A DNA stretch of 64,000 nt, from positions 64,781-128,780 of the forward strand of contig CAMAUV010000003.1 in assembly GCA_945861415.1 (NCBI GenBank), in the 5' to 3' direction. This document shows positions 54,680 to 64,000 of the stretch, in pieces. The stretch's first letter is position 1. Every line of letters starts with the position of its first letter. Made by a program: the position numbers and the translations under genes. Under the pieces are notes generated by a model. That model did no database searches. It was not told where the DNA came from and was given only the letters and a program-made list of their open reading frames with translations. The stretch comes from Akkermansia muciniphila. Lineage in GTDB: Bacteria > Verrucomicrobiota > Verrucomicrobiia > Verrucomicrobiales > V1-33.

Positions 54680-55297
54680 ATGACCGGTATCATCGACTAC
54701 GGCGGCGGAAACCTGCAGAGCGTGCGCAATGCCGTGCGAGCATTGGGCCATGAGCCGGTGCTCGTGCATGATGCGGACGCGCTGGAGGGAGTGTCTTCGC
54801 TTATCTTTCCTGGGCAGGGCGCCTTTTCGGATTGTATGACGGCTCTTGAGCAACGCGGTCTCACCGGACCGCTACGCGACTGGATCATGGCGGACCGGCC
54901 GTTTTTCGGCATCTGTATCGGATATCAGGTGCTCTTTGAAGGCGGGGAGGAAAACCCAGGTGTGCCAGGCTTGGGCATTTTGCGCGGTCAGGTGGTGCGC
55001 TTTGCGCAACAGCCAGGAGTGAAGATCCCGCACATGGGCTGGAATACGGCGCACGTGGTTCATCCGGGGCATCCGGCATGGGCCAGTCTGGGGAACGATC
55101 CTTTTTTCTACTATGTGCACAGCTACTACCCGCAGCCGGAAGAGGAGGAAGTGATCGCGGCCACTACTCCGTATGCCGGACTGGAATTTGCCGCCGCCGT
55201 AGAGCGCGGCCGCATGTTCGCCACCCAGTTTCACCCGGAGAAAAGTCAAGCAACCGGTCTGCAACTCATGGGGAATTTCCTGTCCGCCCGGGACTGA
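54680..55297 (+). CDS. hisH: Imidazole glycerol phosphate synthase, glutamine amidotransferase subunit
   Basis: IIDYGGGNLQSVRNA...IFPGQGAF...FFGICIGYQVLFE...IPHMGWN...FATQFHPEKS. Confidence 0.95.
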   Translation: MTGIIDYGGGNLQSVRNAVRALGHEPVLVHDADALEGVSSLIFPGQGAFSDCMTALEQRGLTGPLRDWIMADRPFFGICIGYQVLFEGGEENPGVPGLGILRGQVVRFAQQPGVKIPHMGWNTAHVVHPGHPAWASLGNDPFFYYVHSYYPQPEEEEVIAATTPYAGLEFAAAVERGRMFATQFHPEKSQATGLQLMGNFLSARD

Positions 55298-55818
55298 TTA
55301 ACCAACTGGTATTTTTCGCACCCCGCCCGATGGTGAGCGCATTGCCTCATAACTCTTGTCAAAACGCAGGTAAACTGCGGACTAGTTAGAAAGGGCTTGT
55401 GTATGTCGCGCGCGCGCCTGTGTCCACACCGCCATTCATGTAACCTAGAGATTCCTCGCTGGTGTGTTCGCCGACGAAAACGAGATGACCGCCGAGTTCC
55501 GCAGTCACGGATCATACCGCACTACTGACCTGTGCCGGTGAAACTGGAACTTCCGCCCGGAAATTCGAAGTGCGTCGATTCCATGGCGGCGGCGTGGCCT
55601 TCGTTTGCCACTTTTGCGCTTAGGAAGTAATGCGTCAGTTCGTCCAGATAACGCGGTGCCGATCCGCAGGAGAAACGCTGTGCGCCGTGACTGCCGATGT
55701 AGCAGGTAAGCATGGCGCGGTGTTTCGCCGCGCTGAGAGCCAGACGGCGCACGCCGGAGATGCGGCGCAGGGCGCAGCGTTTTACGGCGGCTCCGGCGGC
55801 CGCTAACATCCCGCTACC

Positions 55819-56390
55819 ATGATGAGTAAAACCGTGCAGCGCCAACTTGGAGATGCCATTTGCGATCCGGCTGCGTCGCCGTCTGCTATTTATGCTATCC
55901 TTGATGGCGCTGTAGTGCGGCAGTTGCCGGATGCTTTTGAAAGCATGAATCTCCGTCACGCCTGCCTCTTTCGCAGCGAGACGGGCCCTCCGGTGCTCAC
56001 CCATACGCCTTGGCTGGTCAAGGCGGAGGCGGAGAGTGAGGTGCTGGGTTGTATCCTGCGTGAATTCTGGGGGCACAACCGGGGCATGTTCGCTGGGGTT
56101 CCATGCGATACAAAGTTCGGTGCTGTGCTGGGTCACTTCCAGTAGTTCATTCAGGCGCGGTTGCCGGACGGGCGCATTGTCTCCTTCCGGTTTTACGATC
56201 CCCGGGTGCAGCGGTTCTTCGTTCCCTCGAGCTATGCCCACAGGCGGGGCAGTTGTGTAGCCTGCCGCTCATGTGGGTGTGTGAAAGTGAAGAGGGAGCC
56301 GCGTTCATCACCTGCACGGAGAAGGACGGCGAAGTGATCCGTGCGGAGCGGCCCCTCCGTTCCGTCCGCGATGCCATTCAGGTGAGGTGA
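55819..56390 (+). pseudogene. DUF4123-like (T6SS effector adaptor family) gene with an in-frame TAG and a frameshift
   Basis: AIYAILDGAVVRQLPDAF...CLFRSETGPPVLTHTPWLVKAE...GAVLGHFQ then TAG (56143-56145), then FIQARLPDGRIVSFRFYDPRVQRFFVP. The frame then changes at CCC (about 56224-56226) to ..ELCPQAGQLCSLPLMWVCESEEGAAF..., ending at TGA 56388-56390. The YA.LDGA / PWLV / FRFYDPRV blocks match my recollection of DUF4123. Confidence 0.5.
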
Positions 56391-56439
56391 GGAGAATTCT
56401 CCACTGGCGCGGGCATCACGGCTGTGTCATTCGCGACCC

Positions 56440-56625
56440 ATGAAAAAGTACGGTATCAAATTGAACTCAGGCAAAATCATGTGGGTCCATGCGGACTGGG
56501 TGGAGGTGCGGGATGGCGCGCTCCTTTTCTACCGGCGACCGGAGGGACAGGCGGAGTTGATTGCCGGGTTTACACTCGCTCAGGTCAATCACTGGGGCGT
56601 GCCGGATGCCTTTGTGCAGGACTAA
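56440..56625 (+). CDS. Small hypothetical protein (61 aa)
   Basis: ATG-initiated ORF MKKYGIKLNSGKIMWVHADWVEVRDGALLFYRRPEGQAELIAGF.. downstream of the DUF4123 relic. No family recognised, and it may not be expressed. Confidence 0.3.
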   Translation: MKKYGIKLNSGKIMWVHADWVEVRDGALLFYRRPEGQAELIAGFTLAQVNHWGVPDAFVQD

Positions 56626-56692
56626 TCTGGAGCCTGCGCGACTCCGCGTTTTTCAGCTTTCCTGCGGAAAAGCCCGGCAGTAGGCGCAAGTC

Positions 56693-57763
56693 ATGCTTTC
56701 CACATCCAGACGCTCGTTTATGAAGACCACTGCCGCTGCTGCTGCTGCCACTGCTGTTCCTGTTTCGGCCAACGCCGATGCTCCAGTGAAGCTGGAACTT
56801 GGCTTCGACAACTTCTCCGTCCGTGCCCTTGGACTCAAGGCTCCGGCGCTCATCGACTATGCCGCCAAACTCAAGGTGGACTGCCTGCTCATGTCGGACC
56901 TTGATGTCTATGAGAAGATGGATGACGTGTATCTTCAGGACATCGCCCAGCGTGCGAAAGACAAAGGTTTAAAGCTCTATGCCGGCACTGGCGGCATCTG
57001 TCCGTCGGCGAAGAATTTTCCAACGAAATGGGGCACAGCGGAGGAGCATTTGAAGCTGACCATCCGCGTGGCGAAGGCTCTGGGTTCTCCAGTGGCGCGC
57101 TGTTATCAGGGCTTCATGGAGGACCGAAAAAGCCCGGGCGGCATCAACGCACGGCAAAAAGATACCATCGCAGTATTTAAAAATGTGCGCAGTTACGCAC
57201 TCGATAACGGTGTGAAAATCGCGATCGAAAATCACGCCGGCGGCGAGACCGCAGCGGAACTCCAGCGCCTCATCGAAGAGGCGGGAAAAGACTTTTTGGG
57301 CTGCACGATCGACAGCGGGAACGCTACGTGGACACTTGAAGACCCCATGCAGAATCTGGAAATTCTCGGCCCCTACACCGTCTGCTCTGGCATTCGTGAC
57401 AGCATGATCTGGGAGGATGCAGACGGCGCTCAGGTGGCGTGGACTGCGGTGGGCGAGGGCATGATCGACATGAAGGCCTACGCCCGGCGCTTTTCCGAGC
57501 TGGCACCCGGCGCACCGTTCATCATGGAAATCATCAGCGGGTTTTCGAAGGGTTTCAGTTACCTGAAGCCGGAGTTTTGGAAGGGCTACGAGGAGATCCG
57601 CCCGCCAGACTTTGCAAGATTCCTTGCGCTGGCCAAACGCGGGAAAGCCATCCCTTCCTTCAAGCCGGAGGGGGACCGCAAGAAGGCGGAACAGGATTAC
57701 CAGAAGGCCGAACTGGAGCGTAGCCTGAAGTATTGTCGCGAAGTCATCGGTGTCAGGAACTAG
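56693..57763 (+). CDS. Tat-signal sugar phosphate isomerase/epimerase (xylose isomerase-like TIM barrel)
   Basis: [26 protein letters not shown] twin-arginine signal. TIM-barrel blocks [10 protein letters not shown] and TIDSGNATW. Confidence 0.75.
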   Translation: MLSTSRRSFMKTTAAAAAATAVPVSANADAPVKLELGFDNFSVRALGLKAPALIDYAAKLKVDCLLMSDLDVYEKMDDVYLQDIAQRAKDKGLKLYAGTGGICPSAKNFPTKWGTAEEHLKLTIRVAKALGSPVARCYQGFMEDRKSPGGINARQKDTIAVFKNVRSYALDNGVKIAIENHAGGETAAELQRLIEEAGKDFLGCTIDSGNATWTLEDPMQNLEILGPYTVCSGIRDSMIWEDADGAQVAWTAVGEGMIDMKAYARRFSELAPGAPFIMEIISGFSKGFSYLKPEFWKGYEEIRPPDFARFLALAKRGKAIPSFKPEGDRKKAEQDYQKAELERSLKYCREVIGVRN

Positions 57764-58060
57764 GCTCCGCGCTTCAGTTGAGCGGGCGCCAGCCGGTATC
57801 GAATCCGGTGAGCCGGTTGGGTTTTTCACCACTGCCCAGCTTCCACGGCCGGTTAGCGGGCTGCGAATCCTCCGGGCGGCAAGCTCAGGGCCTCACTACA
57901 ACAGCGCGGAAGTCTCTATGGGGCACGGCTTACGACGGTAATCCGCAGAACCCTTGACCCTGCTGCTGTTCACCGGGGTAATGATTTACGGACTTGGCAA
58001 AGGACGTGGGGACATGGAAATGAACGCTTGCCTGCCCGCGGAGGCTGTTAGTTTCCGCTG

Positions 58061-58918
58061 ATGAAAACGGTGCTCGAAACCCTGCGCAGCGGAACGCCCT
58101 GGCTCGAAAAGGCCGGGGTGGAAAACGCGCGGCTGAACATGGAGCACCTGCTCGCTAAGGTTCTCGGCTGCCGGCGCATGCAGCTCTACATGGACTTTGA
58201 TCGTCCGCTGGCTGAGGAGCAACTGGCACCGCTGCGGGACTTGCTGAAGCGCAGGGGAAAAGGGGAGCCACTCCAGCACCTGCTGGGCACCGTGGAGTTT
58301 ATGGGGCGCGAATTTCTATGTGATGCCCGGGCGCTCATCCCGAGGCCCGAGACCGAGGAGCTCGTGGAGCGCATTCTCGCGGAGCATAAGCACGAAGGCT
58401 CGACGAAACCGGCTGACATTCTCGACATGGGCACGGGCTCGGGAATCATCGGGCTGTCCCTAGCCGTGGCATTTCCGGAGGCCCGCGTGGTGCTGGCGGA
58501 TATCTCCCCCGATGCGCTGGCGCTGGCGCTGGCCAATGCGGAGAGACTCGGATTACCGGCAGAGCGCGTGGAGTTTATTCAGTCCAATTTGTTCTCTGCT
58601 CTGGGTGGCAGGAGATTCGACCTGATCGCCGCCAACCTTCCATACATCGCCGCAGAGGAAATTCACGAATTGAGCCGGGAGGTCCGGCACGATCCCGTGC
58701 TCGCGCTCGACGGCGGCCCCCGTGGCACTGAAATCATTGAGGCATTCATCAGCGCATTGCCGCAGTATCTCACGCTGAACGGCTTTGCGGCTCTGGAAGT
58801 GGGCGCCGGCCAGACTGCCGCACTGGCGCAGGATATGCGGCGCGCCATCCTGCGCGATGTGGTAGCGGCGGATGACTTGTCGCGCCGAGACCGTTTTCTC
58901 TTTTGCCGTGCGCAGTAG
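58061..58918 (+). CDS. prmC: Release-factor glutamine N5-methyltransferase PrmC/HemK
   Basis: GEPLQHLLGTVEFMGREFLCD..ALIPRPETE, SAM motif ILDMGTGSGIIG, and catalytic IAANLPYI (NPPY variant). Confidence 0.85.
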   Translation: MKTVLETLRSGTPWLEKAGVENARLNMEHLLAKVLGCRRMQLYMDFDRPLAEEQLAPLRDLLKRRGKGEPLQHLLGTVEFMGREFLCDARALIPRPETEELVERILAEHKHEGSTKPADILDMGTGSGIIGLSLAVAFPEARVVLADISPDALALALANAERLGLPAERVEFIQSNLFSALGGRRFDLIAANLPYIAAEEIHELSREVRHDPVLALDGGPRGTEIIEAFISALPQYLTLNGFAALEVGAGQTAALAQDMRRAILRDVVAADDLSRRDRFLFCRAQ

Positions 58919-59164
58919 GACCCGGGCCGCCATGCGCTTCCTGTAACTTGTGGCATCGGTCCATGCGTCCGGTAGGGTAATATTCAGTCCAGAAGTTTAT
59001 GGACCTCGCTCACTCCAGTCTCCGCCAGCGATGCTGCAAACTTGCTCCGCCGCGCGCAGAGGGGTGCCAGTTCGGGAGAAAGATTGCGCGTCACGCTTCC
59101 GTTGCTGTTCACCCTTCCCGAGTATCAGTTAGCGTAGCTGCAGACGTGACCGCCACCGACCCGA

Positions 59165-61591
59165 CTAATGCACAAGGGCCTCGCGGAGCACGTCGTCCAC
59201 GGTTTTCACCATGACGATGCGCACGCTTTTCTTCACCTCGGCGGGAATGTCAGGAAGATCCTTTTTGTTCGCTTCCGGAATGAGCACGGTATTGATGCCG
59301 GCGCGCAGGGCAGCGAGCGTTTTCTCCCTCAGCCCGCCAATGGGCAGCACGCCTCCGCGCAGTGATATCTCACCAGTCATGGCAATATCGGCACGCACGG
59401 GTGTATTGGTGAACAGACTGGCGAGCGAGGTGAACATGGCCACGCCGGCGCTGGGACCATCCTTCGGGACGGCACCGGCGGGGACATGCACATGCACATC
59501 CATGGACGCAAAGGCGCGCGGAGCGATGCCAAGCGTGGCGGCGCGGTTGCGGACAAGGCTCATGGCGGTCTGCACGCTTTCCTTCATCACATCGCCCAAC
59601 TGACCGGTGAGCTGCGCGGTGCCTTTGCCGGGATAGCTCAGTGCTTCGATGTGCAGAATTTCCCCGCCGACGGGTGTCCACGCCAGACCGGTGACAACGC
59701 CGGGGCGGGCGATGTCGAGTTTTTCGTCGTGCTGGAACTTGGGAGGGCCGAGGTATTCCTCCACGGCAGCGGGAGTGATGGCAGGGTTGGATTTCTCCTC
59801 AGCAGCCACTTTGGCGGCGATGGCGCGGCAGAGGCTGGCGATTTGGCGCTCCAGTTCCCGCACGCCCGCTTCGCGGGTATATTCGGAAATGAGCAGGTCG
59901 AGCGCGGGCAGGCTGAGCGTGATCTGGTTCACCTTGAGCCCATGTTCCTTCCGCTGGCGGGGGAAGAGATACTTGCTCGCGATACTGCGCTTCTCGGTCG
60001 CCGTGTAGCTGCTCAGTTCGATGATTTCCATCCGGTCGCGCAAGGCGGCAGGGATGGTATCGAGCGAGTTGGCCGTGGCGATGAATATTACGCGGCTGAG
60101 GTCGAACGGCGTGTCGAGATAGTGATCGGTGAAAGTGTGGTTCTGCGCGGGGTCGAGCACTTCCAGCAGGGCGCTGGCGGGGTCGCCGCGGAAGTCGTTG
60201 CCGAGCTTGTCCACTTCATCGAGGAGGATGACCGGATTGGCCGCTCCGCTGCGGCGCACCTCATTGACGAGGCGTCCGGGCATGGCCCCGATGTAGGTCC
60301 GGCGGTGGCCGCGGATATCTGCTTCATCGCGAACGCCGCCAAGGCTGATGCGGGCGAACTTGCGCCCCAGCGCACGTGCTACGCTCTGGCCGAGGCTGGT
60401 CTTGCCCACGCCCGGCGGTCCCAGCAGCAGCAGGATGGGGCTGCGGCCCTTGGGGTTGAGCTTGCGTACGGCAAGATACTCCACCAGACGGCGCTTCACC
60501 TTCTCAAGACCGAAGTGGTCTTTGTCCAGCACTTGCCGGGCGTGCTTCAGGTCAAGGTTGTCCTCCGTGGTTTTGGCCCACGGCATTTCCGCCAGCGTCT
60601 CCAGATAGGTCATGATCACACTGGCTTCCGGACTGCCGGACGGCACGTGATTGAGACGCTTCAATTCCCGGTCCGCCTGTGTGCGCGCGGCCTTCGGGAG
60701 CTTGGCTTCGTCCAGCTTTATTTTGAGTTTGGTCAAATCATCCGCGTCGTCGCCTCCCTCGCCCAGTTCCTTCTCAATCACTTTCTTCTGCTCGCTGAGC
60801 CACGCACGGCGCTGCATTTCCCCAAACTGAGACTGGACGTCCTTCTGAATCTTCTCCTGCAGCTCTGCAATGTGTAGTTGTGACGCGACTTTGACCTGCA
60901 GAAATTTCACACGCTGCTCCACACTCAGTTCCTCAAGCAGCTTCTGGCGCTCCTCCAGTTCCATGTCGATGCCGCCGGCGATAAAATCCGTGAGCTTGCC
61001 GGGATCGTCAATGTTGCGGATAAAGACGCTCACCTGATCCGGCACGTCTTCCTTATGCTCCAGCAGCGAGAGCGCGCTCTGGCGCAACGAAGCGATCTCT
61101 GCCGTCCATTCCGGAGTCTGAATCGGTTCTGCGCAGTGCAGTTTCTGCACTTTTGCTTTGAGGTAAGGAGAGGGCACCCCGGCGGAAACGAGGGCCACCC
61201 GTTCCTTAACATTCAGGATGGCCACCAGCGTGTCAGCACTTTGCTTTATGATTCGCATGACCTGCCCGGTGACACCCACGCTGTGCAAGTCGGCGGCGGC
61301 GGGCTCCTCATCCGTGTCCGACTTTTGGGTAAAGACCCCCAGCTTACCGCCTTTAAGATCTTCAATGAGCTTGCGGGAGGCCTTCCGTCCGATCGTGAGC
61401 GGCACGACCATTCCCGGAAACAGTACAGCATTGCGGATCGGCAAAATGGGCATGAGCCCGCCAGCGGCGGTTGTCGGCTTCTTGCGGGACTTCACCGGCC
61501 CGTTGCCGGTGCCTTTCATGGTGACTACAGTCGCAGCCTCGGCAGTTTTGGCTTCCGGGGATACTTTGGCCGGGGGATTGGATCGTTTCAT
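59165..61591 (-). CDS. lon: ATP-dependent Lon protease
   Basis: LON N-domain (MPILPIRNAVLFPGMVVPL), Walker A GPPGVGKTSLGQS, and protease site PKDGPSAGVAMFTSLASL. ATG 61591 is preferred over tracked 61780. About 45 aa of Lys/Ala-rich sequence precede the N-domain. Confidence 0.9.
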   Translation of the reverse strand: MKRSNPPAKVSPEAKTAEAATVVTMKGTGNGPVKSRKKPTTAAGGLMPILPIRNAVLFPGMVVPLTIGRKASRKLIEDLKGGKLGVFTQKSDTDEEPAAADLHSVGVTGQVMRIIKQSADTLVAILNVKERVALVSAGVPSPYLKAKVQKLHCAEPIQTPEWTAEIASLRQSALSLLEHKEDVPDQVSVFIRNIDDPGKLTDFIAGGIDMELEERQKLLEELSVEQRVKFLQVKVASQLHIAELQEKIQKDVQSQFGEMQRRAWLSEQKKVIEKELGEGGDDADDLTKLKIKLDEAKLPKAARTQADRELKRLNHVPSGSPEASVIMTYLETLAEMPWAKTTEDNLDLKHARQVLDKDHFGLEKVKRRLVEYLAVRKLNPKGRSPILLLLGPPGVGKTSLGQSVARALGRKFARISLGGVRDEADIRGHRRTYIGAMPGRLVNEVRRSGAANPVILLDEVDKLGNDFRGDPASALLEVLDPAQNHTFTDHYLDTPFDLSRVIFIATANSLDTIPAALRDRMEIIELSSYTATEKRSIASKYLFPRQRKEHGLKVNQITLSLPALDLLISEYTREAGVRELERQIASLCRAIAAKVAAEEKSNPAITPAAVEEYLGPPKFQHDEKLDIARPGVVTGLAWTPVGGEILHIEALSYPGKGTAQLTGQLGDVMKESVQTAMSLVRNRAATLGIAPRAFASMDVHVHVPAGAVPKDGPSAGVAMFTSLASLFTNTPVRADIAMTGEISLRGGVLPIGGLREKTLAALRAGINTVLIPEANKKDLPDIPAEVKKSVRIVMVKTVDDVLREALVH

Positions 61592-62234
61592 GGAGGTGGA
61601 TGGGGGGAATGAAACCGTAGGATGCAAAGCCCGCCAGGGAAAAGGCTGAATCCTTGCACATGATACGGGATTTTCCCTTCCGGGGAAGCACAATATCACG
61701 AAGCGTGCCCCCCTCTTCCAACCGGCCGGCCACAGGTTACCGCCGACGGCCCGTCCTCCATGATGGCCGGAGTGTCCCATAACGAGACAATTTGGCAGTT
61801 AGAGCCCTCACCTCATCCGGATGGCGCACGGGCTGAAGGCGGCTCGACCGGAGAACGGAGTGGTCAGGGCTGTGAAGAATAGTCCCATGCAGGCGACGGG
61901 GAAGCCGCCGTGTTCAGCAAAGACAGCGAACCAGTCGGGACTCGGCAGTTCGTAGCTGGATGAGGCAGGATAGACCAAACATAGGGCGTGCCGCCCATGC
62001 CCAAGCACCAGCCGATCTCGGCGAGAACCTGATTGCGCCGCAGGAGCGCCAGCCCGCAAATGACTGAGGGCCAGTCGCAGAGGTAGAACGGCCACGCGGT
62101 TTCGCGCACTTTTCGCCACACCAGTTCCGAATCTTCCACGCGGTATCACAGCCACTTGATAACCGGGGCCGCTACAACAGCCGCGAAGAGATTGCCTCCA
62201 CCGCCGATACGGGGCTTCAGGTGGCGCGAGCCTT

Positions 62235-64000
62235 TTACTTTTTCTTCTGCTGATCGCGGAAGGCGCTGCCTCCGCCGCCGCCGGTGCGGGGCTGGGATTT
62301 TTTGGCCTGCTGGGCCATCTTGGCCTGCTGGGCGGCCATGGCGCGTTCCATGAAAGAGGGGCGCGGCGGGACCTTCTTGAGCTCAGGCTCGGGGAAACGC
62401 TGAAGAAGCATCGTCTGGCCAATCGAGATGATGTTCTGCACCGTCCAGTAGAGCGCGAGAGCGCTGGCGTAGCTGTAGCAGAAGAACATGAACAAGAACG
62501 GCATGATCTTGAAAATCTTCATCTGCATCTGCATCTGCGGATTGTCCGCGAGGGACGGTTGTGGGGAGACCTTCATCTGGATATACATCGTGATGGTCAT
62601 CACGATGGGCAGGAGGTTAATTGGAAAGCCTGCGATGTGCGCAACGGTATCTGGCAGCGAAAGATCAGGCACCCAGAGAAAGGAGTGGCCTCGCATTTCT
62701 ACGGCACACTTCATCATGGCGAAGTAGCCGAGGAAGATGGGGAACTGAAAGAGGAGAGGGAGGCAGCCGCCGAGCGGGTTCACTCCGTACTCACGATAGA
62801 GTTTCATAACCTCGACGTTCATTTTCTGGGGCTCATCCTTGTGCTTCTCGCGGATGTCCTTCATCAGGGGAGCCAGCAGGCTCATGCGCTTCATGGCGCG
62901 GGTGGCTTTGATGTGCAGAGGCCAAATACAGATCCGCACGAAGAGGGTGAGTAGGACAATGGCGATACCGTAGCTGTTCGTGTGGATGAAGAACCAGTTG
63001 AGAATGCCGAGAAAGGCACGGCCGAGCATACGGAACATGCCGTAGTGCATGGACTGACGGAGTTCGCCGCCAAGTTTGTTGAGTACAGTGCCGGAGCGGG
63101 GACCAACATAGACGCGGCCCTTCCAAGTGTAGCTCTGATCTTTGGCGAGATTGAAGCTGTCGAATCCTACGCCGCCTTCGATGCCGTGGCCGGAGAATTT
63201 TCCATCCTCGTCTTGGGTAATCCACTGGCGCTGGAACCACGTTTTCGTCTTCGCACCGACTTTTACCTCATCGGGCTGCACCAGCACGGTATAATACTCA
63301 TTGTGGATGCCGGTGAAGGTCATCTCCTCAAGGTTTTCCTCGATGATCGGGGTCGGGGCGCGTTCGCCCATTCCCATGAAACCGGAGTTGTCGAATTCTG
63401 AATAGGGAAGTTCGACGGCGTCACCGTCGGCATACCACGAACCGGCTGGCGGGAGGCTGTTGGGGTTGGACGTGAGGCGTCCGATGAGGCCAGAATAGAG
63501 ATAATACTGACCCGTTTTCGGCTGATCCAAAGTATTGGTCAGCGTGACGGTCAGGTTCCAGAGATAGCCGTAGCCTTCTTCGGTCAACTTGCTGCCAGAC
63601 GGCACTTTCTCCAGTTGCCATATTTTGGTGATCTTGAGGCCGTTGTCGATCGCGGAGTAGGTGATCGACTTGTCTGTCTTGGCCTCCATGGTATACGCTA
63701 GGGTCTCCACGCTGCCGGGAGCCGTGCTCAGGGCCCCGATGGGCTGGAGCTTTCCGTAATTCGGCGCGTAGTTGATCGTCTGCTCGGTTTTTCCGGCGAA
63801 TTGTCCGCTCAAAATTTTCACCTGCTTAAGCCCGCCGCCGATGTCGGTGAAAGTATACTCCGCCGATTTATTGCCCTCCCCGTCCTGGCTGGTAATGTCG
63901 TTGGTCTCTTCCTTCACCGGGGGAGTGGTGGGGGTGGCGGGGGTGGCGGGGGTGGCGGGGGCGGCCGGAGCATCACCGGGCTTGATCTCCGGAGTGGTGG
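62235..64000 (-). CDS. yidC: Membrane protein insertase YidC (5' end outside the window)
   Basis: Periplasmic beta-sandwich part plus the C-terminal insertase core (GIAIVLLTLFVRICIWPL..., MKLYREYGVNPLGGCLPLLFQFPIFLGYF). The frame remains open upstream of the tracked GTG 63917 to the window edge. Confidence 0.9.
   Translation of the reverse strand, partial: TTPEIKPGDAPAAPATPATPATPTTPPVKEETNDITSQDGEGNKSAEYTFTDIGGGLKQVKILSGQFAGKTEQTINYAPNYGKLQPIGALSTAPGSVETLAYTMEAKTDKSITYSAIDNGLKITKIWQLEKVPSGSKLTEEGYGYLWNLTVTLTNTLDQPKTGQYYLYSGLIGRLTSNPNSLPPAGSWYADGDAVELPYSEFDNSGFMGMGERAPTPIIEENLEEMTFTGIHNEYYTVLVQPDEVKVGAKTKTWFQRQWITQDEDGKFSGHGIEGGVGFDSFNLAKDQSYTWKGRVYVGPRSGTVLNKLGGELRQSMHYGMFRMLGRAFLGILNWFFIHTNSYGIAIVLLTLFVRICIWPLHIKATRAMKRMSLLAPLMKDIREKHKDEPQKMNVEVMKLYREYGVNPLGGCLPLLFQFPIFLGYFAMMKCAVEMRGHSFLWVPDLSLPDTVAHIAGFPINLLPIVMTITMYIQMKVSPQPSLADNPQMQMQMKIFKIMPFLFMFFCYSYASALALYWTVQNIISIGQTMLLQRFPEPELKKVPPRPSFMERAMAAQQAKMAQQAKKSQPRTGGGGGSAFRDQQKKK
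63931..63957. repeat. 9-bp tandem repeat x3 in the yidC Pro/Ala/Thr linker
   Basis: GGGGTGGCG x3. On the minus strand it encodes the ATP triplets within AAPATPATPATPTTPP. Confidence 0.85.

Noticed and set aside
55522-56241. 239-aa minus-strand ORF
   Set aside because: Its 5' two-thirds is antisense to the DUF4123-like relic. The remaining 95 codons (55522-55809) have high GC3 in both strands' frames and no recognisable family, so I cannot support a gene call.
57795-57826. Possible terminator after the second TIM-barrel gene (CCGGTGAGCCGG followed by TTGGGTTTTTC)
   Set aside because: The stem is only about 4 bp. The T-tract is suggestive, but the structure is too weak to call.
61808-62422. 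Overlapping minus-strand ORFs (204 aa and 91 aa) in the 640-bp lon-yidC spacer
   Set aside because: The long one overlaps the yidC 3' end. The frames contain hydrophobic stretches (..WPFYLCDWPSVICGLALL.., ..DWFAVFAEHGGFPVACMGLFFTAL..) that might be a decayed membrane-protein gene. However, an in-frame TGA, the frame switching and the lack of any recognisable family leave it unsupported.
1-64000. Looked for CRISPR arrays, IS/transposase or integrase genes, prophage modules, toxin-antitoxin pairs, restriction-modification or other defence systems, and rRNA operons
   Set aside because: I saw no regularly spaced repeats and no ORF with recognisable motifs of those families. The only tandem repeats are short coding repeats (the rpsC tail, the yidC linker and the pilP-like tail).

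Overview
GC-rich chromosomal segment. Sampled 60-nt windows gave 36/60 G+C in serA and 46/60 in the secretin low-complexity region. It looks like a Verrucomicrobiota/PVC genome, which is inference only. The hallmarks are a PEP-CTERM protein, a PVC-type CxxCH heme-binding dehydrogenase-like protein, two Tat-signal xylose-isomerase-like TIM barrels and a pilMNOPQ-like secretin operon. Most of the window is housekeeping. A 13-kb minus-strand str/S10/spc ribosomal-protein supercluster runs rpsL-rpsG-fusA-rpsJ...rplO-secY-map. Also present are recG, tkt, serA, rph, hisB/hisH, prmC, lon, yidC (5' end outside the window), a lactate permease, tRNA-Val(UAC) and an OmpR-type regulator/histidine kinase pair. 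Accessory-looking content falls into three groups. (1) A translationally coupled gspK-like / pilM-pilN-like / pilO-like / pilP-like / secretin operon (22660-15951, minus strand). It is followed by an AT-richer pair of Thr/Gly/Ala-rich secreted proteins that share a repeat module, one of them ending in PEP-CTERM. (2) An orphan pilT. (3) A decayed islet after hisH that contains a DUF4123-like (T6SS adaptor) pseudogene. The most unusual observation is a 261-aa signal-peptide/coiled-coil protein gene wedged between rpsS and rplV inside the S10 operon. Other oddities: SecY carries an extra C-terminal hydrophobic helix; a perfect terminator-like hairpin sits between rplO and secY; tuf, S14, L30 and adk are absent from their usual slots; several reading frames are broken at short C/G or T homopolymers, which could be sequencing error or real decay. 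I saw no CRISPR array, transposase/integrase, prophage or rRNA. No single locus can be claimed as a new system from sequence reading alone. The best candidates for follow-up are the S10-operon insert and the secretin operon with its downstream module-sharing proteins.
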